A DNA stretch of 64,000 nucleotides from Sphaerodactylus townsendi (lineage: Eukaryota). Below the pieces are notes generated by a model. That model searched no databases, was not told the origin of the DNA, and was given only the letters and a program-made list of their open reading frames with translations. A program made the translations under genes and the position numbers. Shown here one piece after another: positions 63,703-64,000 of this stretch; position 1 is the stretch's first letter, and each line of letters opens with the position of its first letter. The stretch spans positions 33,418,001 through 33,482,000 of the forward strand of contig NC_059432.1 of NCBI RefSeq assembly GCF_021028975.2. Direction: 5' to 3'.

Positions 63703-64000
63703 TTATTCACTTGATGTTTTGAAGTGAGCTAACATGTAATCCAAATATATTATTATTATTTATTCAATTTTTATCCCACACTTCCAAAACTAGTCAGGTT
63801 CAGTGTGGCTAATAATATAAAGAAGCATAAACCCAATATAAACCAATAAAACCAAAATAACGATAAAACCACAGATTACTAATACATCTGAAATACTTTA
63901 AAATACTTAAAAAGTTGACAACTTCAGTCTTCTCCTGATGAACATACATTTCTTGAATTTTTTCCTTATGTGTATATAGAGCTCTACAGAAATAAGGTTG

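Overview
Vertebrate genomic DNA, almost certainly a squamate reptile and probably a gecko (Squam3-type tRNA SINEs, RTE/L2/CR1 LINE relics, Penelope ends, many hAT and Harbinger MITEs). It corresponds to the RNLS-acid lipase locus (RNLS-LIPJ/LIPF/LIPK/LIPN/LIPM in mammals). Coding exons 1-3 of renalase (RNLS) lie on the minus strand at 747-2859. Divergently, on the plus strand, lies a tandem acid-lipase array. Lipase A (14209-31738) is complete, with 9 coding exons and 392 aa, an intact Ser-Asp-His triad and unusual flanking motifs. Lipase B survives only as its last two exons (44498-45025). An isolated exon-4 relic sits at 47040-47100. Lipase C is LIPM-like; five coding exons are visible (51102-63165) and the gene runs off the window. 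Large insertions: an old Ty1/copia element in an intron of lipase A carrying nested hAT and Harbinger elements; an apparently young Gmr1-type gypsy element (integrase before RT, SCAN-like gag, perfect 5-bp TSD) where the missing lipase B exons should be; a solo LTR; and a tailless U6 retrocopy with a TSD. There are two N-gaps. Most ORFs in the supplied track are spurious. Gene models were built by hand from splice sites and recalled homologue sequences; no searches were run.
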